Positions 60,129 to 64,000 of a stretch of DNA of 64,000 nucleotides are shown in pieces (the stretch's first letter is position 1; every line of letters starts with the position of its first letter). Source of the stretch: Gemmatimonadaceae bacterium (GTDB lineage: Bacteria > Gemmatimonadota > Gemmatimonadetes > Gemmatimonadales > Gemmatimonadaceae); assembly GCA_040380205.1 (NCBI GenBank), contig JBEIJM010000002.1, forward strand, positions 2,336 through 66,335. The letters are read 5' to 3'. Under the pieces are notes generated by a model. The model was not told the origin of the DNA, did not search any database, and was given only the letters and a program-made list of their open reading frames with translations. The position numbers and the translations under genes are program-made.

Positions 60129-60827
60129 ATGCCGGTTGAGCAGCTGCTGGCGCTGGCGTTGCTGGCCGGGGTGGTCGGGCTTGATGTGGTGAGCTTCCCG
60201 CAGGCCATGGTCTCCCGCCCCATCGTGGCGGCCACGCTGGGCGGGGCGTTCCTCGGCGATGCCATCGCCGGACTGGTCACCGGCGCCGCGCTGGAATGCC
60301 TGGCGCTGGAGTCGCTGCCCGTCGGAGCCTCGCGGTATCCCGAATGGGGGAGCGCCTCGGTGGTCGCCGGCGCCGTGGCCACCCGCGGGGGGGCCGACGG
60401 CGCCCTGCCAACACCAGGCGCCTTTGCCGTCGCCGTGTTGGTGGGCATCGCCACCGCGTCGCTCGCCGGATGGACGGTGGTCAAGCAGCGCCAGCGGATC
60501 GCGGCGTATGCCCGGCCGCGCATCAGCCGTCTGGCCGAGGGCGATCGCGACACGGTCGTGGCCATCCAGCTCGTGGGCATGACCATCGACCTGGCGCGGG
60601 GCACGCTGCTCGGCCTGCTGGTGGCCGCCCCGGCGTGGTGGCTGGCGGGGCTGGTGGACGCGCGCTGGACCCTTCCGGAACCGCTGTCGCGCGCCTTGGT
60701 GGTCACCGCCGTGGCCGCCGTGGCCGCTGCCGCGGTGTGGAAGGACTTCCATGCCATCAGTGGCACGCGGCGCCTGTTCCTGCTGTCGCTCGCGCTGGGC
60801 ACCGCCCTGGTGATCCTTGGCGCCTGA
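60129..60827 (+). CDS. PTS mannose-class EIIC
   Basis: Hydrophobic, SRPIV, GAALE..L...PVGA..P; position in the operon. Confidence 0.85.
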   Translation: MPVEQLLALALLAGVVGLDVVSFPQAMVSRPIVAATLGGAFLGDAIAGLVTGAALECLALESLPVGASRYPEWGSASVVAGAVATRGGADGALPTPGAFAVAVLVGIATASLAGWTVVKQRQRIAAYARPRISRLAEGDRDTVVAIQLVGMTIDLARGTLLGLLVAAPAWWLAGLVDARWTLPEPLSRALVVTAVAAVAAAAVWKDFHAISGTRRLFLLSLALGTALVILGA

Positions 60828-60831
60828 CGCG

Positions 60832-61623
60832 ATGCCCCAGCCGGCCGCCGCGCCGGAGCCCGCCCCGCCGCCGCTTCCGGCCCGCGTGCAGGCCGATGTG
60901 TTCCTCCGGCTCCTCGCCATCCAGGGCTCGTGGAACTACGAGCTGCTGGTGGGCAACGGCATCGCGTTCTGCGTGGAGCCGCTGCTGCGCCGCTTGCCGG
61001 GGGGGACGGACGGGGCACCGTATCGCGCCGCCCTGGCGCGGCAGGCGGTGTACTTCAACACCCACCCCTACCTCGCGGGGCTCGCCGTGGGGGCGCTCGG
61101 GCGTGCGGAGTGTGACGGGGTGCCGGCGGCCCGCATCGAACGGTTTCGCACCGCGCTGTGCGGGCCCCTGGGGAGCGTGGGTGACCGGCTGGTGTGGGCG
61201 TCGTGGCTGCCGGCGTGCTCGCTGGTGGCGCTGCTGCTGTTCGGGATGGGGGGCTCCCCGCGTGGTGTCGCGCTGGGGTTCTTGATACTCTACAACGGGC
61301 CACACGTGCTGTTGCGCCTGTGGGCCCTGCGGGCCGGCTGGCGGTACGGCATGCGGGTGGCGACGGCGCTGGGGCATCCGGTCTTGCAGCATGCCCCGCG
61401 GTATCTGGGCCGCGTCTCCGCGGTGATTGGCGGGCTGGCGCTCCCGTTGGCGGTCCACCGGGCCATCGGGGGGGGCGATCCGCTGGCCCCCATCCCTGTG
61501 GGGGTTGCCGTGGTCACCCCGCTGCTGGCGGGGGGGTTGGTGTGGTCGCAGGCGCGCGTGGCCGGCTGGCGCGCGGCTCTCGTCCTGCTTGGGCTCCTCG
61601 TCCTCTTCGCGGTGGTGCGCTGA
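60832..61623 (+). CDS. PTS mannose-class EIID
   Basis: QGSWNYE, YFNTHPY, GPLGSVGD, LYNG. Confidence 0.9.
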   Translation: MPQPAAAPEPAPPPLPARVQADVFLRLLAIQGSWNYELLVGNGIAFCVEPLLRRLPGGTDGAPYRAALARQAVYFNTHPYLAGLAVGALGRAECDGVPAARIERFRTALCGPLGSVGDRLVWASWLPACSLVALLLFGMGGSPRGVALGFLILYNGPHVLLRLWALRAGWRYGMRVATALGHPVLQHAPRYLGRVSAVIGGLALPLAVHRAIGGGDPLAPIPVGVAVVTPLLAGGLVWSQARVAGWRAALVLLGLLVLFAVVR

Positions 61624-61889
61624 TGGTGGAACGCTCCGTCCAGATCGTCAACAAGCATGGCCTGCACGCCCGTCCGGCGGCGGAGGTCGTCAAGCTGGCG
61701 TCCCGCTTTGCCAGCGAGATCACCATCGTGCGCGATGACCTCGAGGTCAACGGCAAGAGCATCATGGGGGTGATGATGCTGGCCGCCGAGTTCGGGGCCA
61801 CCATCACGCTCCGGGCCGAGGGGGCCGACGCGGAGGCCGCGCTCGAGGCCTTGGCCGCCCTCGTCGCGGCGCGCTTCGGGGAAGCGTAG
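61623..61889 (+). CDS. ptsH: Phosphocarrier HPr
   Basis: GLHARPAA (His15), NGKSIMGVMML (Ser46). Confidence 0.97.
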   Translation: MVERSVQIVNKHGLHARPAAEVVKLASRFASEITIVRDDLEVNGKSIMGVMMLAAEFGATITLRAEGADAEAALEALAALVAARFGEA

Positions 61890-63658
61890 TGCAGGCGCTG
61901 CTGCGCGGCATCCCGGCCTCGCCGGGGATCGTCGTGGGCCCCGTCCACATTCTGCGGTGGGAGGTGCCCGCGGTCGCGCCGCGCGTCATTGCCGATGAGG
62001 CCATCCCCGAGGAGCTGGCGCGCCTCGACGAGGCGCTCGCCCGGGCGCGGGACCGACTCACCCGCCTGGCCGAGCGCGCCGAGGAGAAGGTGGGCTCCAC
62101 CGAGGCCGCCATCTTCATGGCCCAGCGCACCATCCTCGAGGACCCCGAGCTGGCCGCGAGCGCCGGGGCGCTCATCCGGCAGCACCTGGGGGCGGAGAAG
62201 GCGGTGGACGTGGTGCTGGGCGATTGGCGGCAGCGCTTCGCCCGCCACCCCTCCCCCATGCTTCGGGAAAAGGTCGGCGACCTCACGGACATCCACATCC
62301 GCGTGCTGTCGCTGCTGATGGACCTCCCCGACCACGACCCGGTGGACGTGCCGGAAGGGGCCGGGGCCGTGCTGGTCACCCACGACCTGACCCCGTCGCT
62401 CACGCTGCAGCTCGATCGCACCCGCATCGCGGCGCTGGCCACCGAGGAGGGGACCAACACGGCGCACGTGGCCATCCTGGCGCGGTCGCTGGGGATCCCC
62501 GCCGTCGTCGGGCTGCGCACGGCGCTGGGCGCGCTGCGCGCGGGGGAGGAGGTGGTCCTCGACGGCACCGCGGGGACGATCATGGCCTCGCCGTCGCCGC
62601 AGGAGGTGGACGAGGCGCGGGCACGCATGGCGGAGGAGGCCGGTCGCGCCGAGGTGCTGCGCCCGCTCGCCCTCAGCGAGCCGGTCACCCGGGACGGCGT
62701 GCGCCTGGTGGTGCGCGCCAATGTGGACCTTGCCGAGGAGGCGGAGGCCGCCGCGACGTCGGGGGCCGAGGGGGTGGGGCTCATGCGCACCGAGTTCCTC
62801 GTGGTGGGACGGTCCACCATGCCCGACGAGGACGAGCAGGAGCGCACCTACCGCCGCATCCTCGGGCACTTCCCGCGCACGGCGGTCACCATCCGCACCT
62901 TTGATGTGGGGGGCGACAAGCTCCCGGTTGGCGGCTATCCCGCCGAGGACAACCCGTTCCTGGGATGGCGGGCCATCCGCATGTGCCTCGACCTGCCGGA
63001 GCTCTTCAGCGTGCAGCTGCGCGCCCTCATGCGCGCCGCCGTCCATGGCGACCTGCGCATCATGCTCCCGCTGGTCACCACGGTCGAGGAGGTCCGCGAG
63101 GCCCGGCAGCTGCTGCAGGAGGCCGCGCGCGAGCTGGCGGCGCGGCGCGTCCCATTCCGGGCGGACATCCCGCTGGGGGTCATGGTGGAGACGCCCGCCG
63201 CGGCCGTGGCCTGCGACACCCTCGTGCGCGACGTCGACTTCTTCAGCATCGGGTCCAACGACCTCGTGCAGTACACGCTCGCGGTCGACCGGGGGAACGT
63301 GAACCTGGCCCCACGCTTCACCCCCCTCCACCCGGCGGTGCTTCGCCTGATCGCGCAGGTACAGGCCACCGCCCAGGCGCACGGCATCGAGGTGTGCGTC
63401 TGCGGGGAGATGGCGTCGCAGCCGCTGGCCGCCTTCGCGCTGCTGGGGCTGGGCATCCGGGAGCTCAGCGTCTCGCCCCGGGCCGTCCCCCACGTCAAGC
63501 GCGTCATTCGTGGCGTGCGGGCGCAGGCGGCCGCCGAGGTGGCGCTGGCCGCGCTGGGGGCCGGCACGGCGCGTGAAGTCGAGATCCTCCTCCGGCGCCG
63601 CCTCCGCCAGGAGCTGGAGGGCGCCGACCCGCTGGCCGACGGGTTGCCCCTGCCCTAG
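61889..63658 (+). CDS. ptsI: PTS enzyme I
   Basis: [16 protein letters not shown] (phospho-His), [37 protein letters not shown]. Confidence 0.97.
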   Translation: MQALLRGIPASPGIVVGPVHILRWEVPAVAPRVIADEAIPEELARLDEALARARDRLTRLAERAEEKVGSTEAAIFMAQRTILEDPELAASAGALIRQHLGAEKAVDVVLGDWRQRFARHPSPMLREKVGDLTDIHIRVLSLLMDLPDHDPVDVPEGAGAVLVTHDLTPSLTLQLDRTRIAALATEEGTNTAHVAILARSLGIPAVVGLRTALGALRAGEEVVLDGTAGTIMASPSPQEVDEARARMAEEAGRAEVLRPLALSEPVTRDGVRLVVRANVDLAEEAEAAATSGAEGVGLMRTEFLVVGRSTMPDEDEQERTYRRILGHFPRTAVTIRTFDVGGDKLPVGGYPAEDNPFLGWRAIRMCLDLPELFSVQLRALMRAAVHGDLRIMLPLVTTVEEVREARQLLQEAARELAARRVPFRADIPLGVMVETPAAAVACDTLVRDVDFFSIGSNDLVQYTLAVDRGNVNLAPRFTPLHPAVLRLIAQVQATAQAHGIEVCVCGEMASQPLAAFALLGLGIRELSVSPRAVPHVKRVIRGVRAQAAAEVALAALGAGTAREVEILLRRRLRQELEGADPLADGLPLP

Positions 63659-63672
63659 TGGCGGGGTAGTGT
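63644..63672 (+). promoter_or_regulatory. Sigma70-like promoter of metK, overlapping the ptsI 3' end
   Basis: TTGCCC-N17-TAGTGT. Confidence 0.55.
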
Positions 63673-63788
63673 ACGGGCAGTGTATGAGGCGCCCCCGTCG
63701 CGGCAGAGCCCGTGGCGGGGGCGCCGGGCGCACCGGCCCCCCCCGTCCCGCGCGCCTCGCCCCTGACTTCCACCTCCGCGAGTCATCC

Positions 63789-64000
63789 GTGGCCGACCGC
63801 CATCTCTTCACCTCGGAATCCGTCACCGAAGGGCACCCGGACAAGATCGCCGACCAGATCTCCGACGCGGTGCTCGACGCCATCCTGGCCGAGGACCCGG
63901 CGGCGCGCGTGGCGTGCGAGACGCTCGTCACCACCGGGTTGGCCGTGATCGCCGGCGAGATCACCACGTCGGCCTACGTCCATCTCCCCGAGGTGGTGCG
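63789..64000 (+). CDS. metK: S-adenosylmethionine synthetase (5' part, truncated by the window end; absent from the ORF track)
   Basis: GTG GCC GAC CGC CAT CTC TTC ACC TCG GAA... = [33 protein letters not shown]...RVACET. Confidence 0.97.
   Translation, partial: MADRHLFTSESVTEGHPDKIADQISDAVLDAILAEDPAARVACETLVTTGLAVIAGEITTSAYVHLPEVV

Overview
A very GC-rich bacterial chromosomal window that is almost entirely coding and almost entirely on the + strand. Gene content (dcw cluster, a stand-alone SusC/SusD pair, HPrK with a mannose-class PTS, a split methylmalonyl-CoA mutase) suggests a diderm, probably Gemmatimonadota; this is inference. Order: TPR protein; dcw cluster (rsmH-ftsL-ftsI-murE-murF-mraY-murD-ftsW-murG-murC-ftsQ-ftsA-ftsZ, with no mraZ, murB or ddl); M23 peptidase; vWA membrane protein; ftsY-recG-asnS; mazG(-); alr-deoB-cdd-lipoprotein-OM barrel-miaB; comEC; fbp; mcm large subunit; tyrA; susC-susD; M1 aminopeptidase(-); FmdB-like gene-argS-pfkB kinase-purM-OM barrel-ribD/E/BA/H-nusB-GT4-hpf-hprK-PTS IIA/B/C/D-ptsH-ptsI; start of metK. 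I found no mobile elements, CRISPR arrays, rRNA or tRNA, and no clear-cut new system. The best leads are: a recurring TANNNT-N6-ATG (leaderless) geometry, including candidate leaderless uORFs before asnS and ftsZ; a structured metK leader behind a good promoter; uncharacterised envelope genes inside nucleoside, purine and riboflavin operons; a CAZyme-free SusCD pair next to a secreted aminopeptidase; and a complete Man-PTS with divergent motifs and no catabolic genes. Several start codons were re-called by eye from the ORF track.
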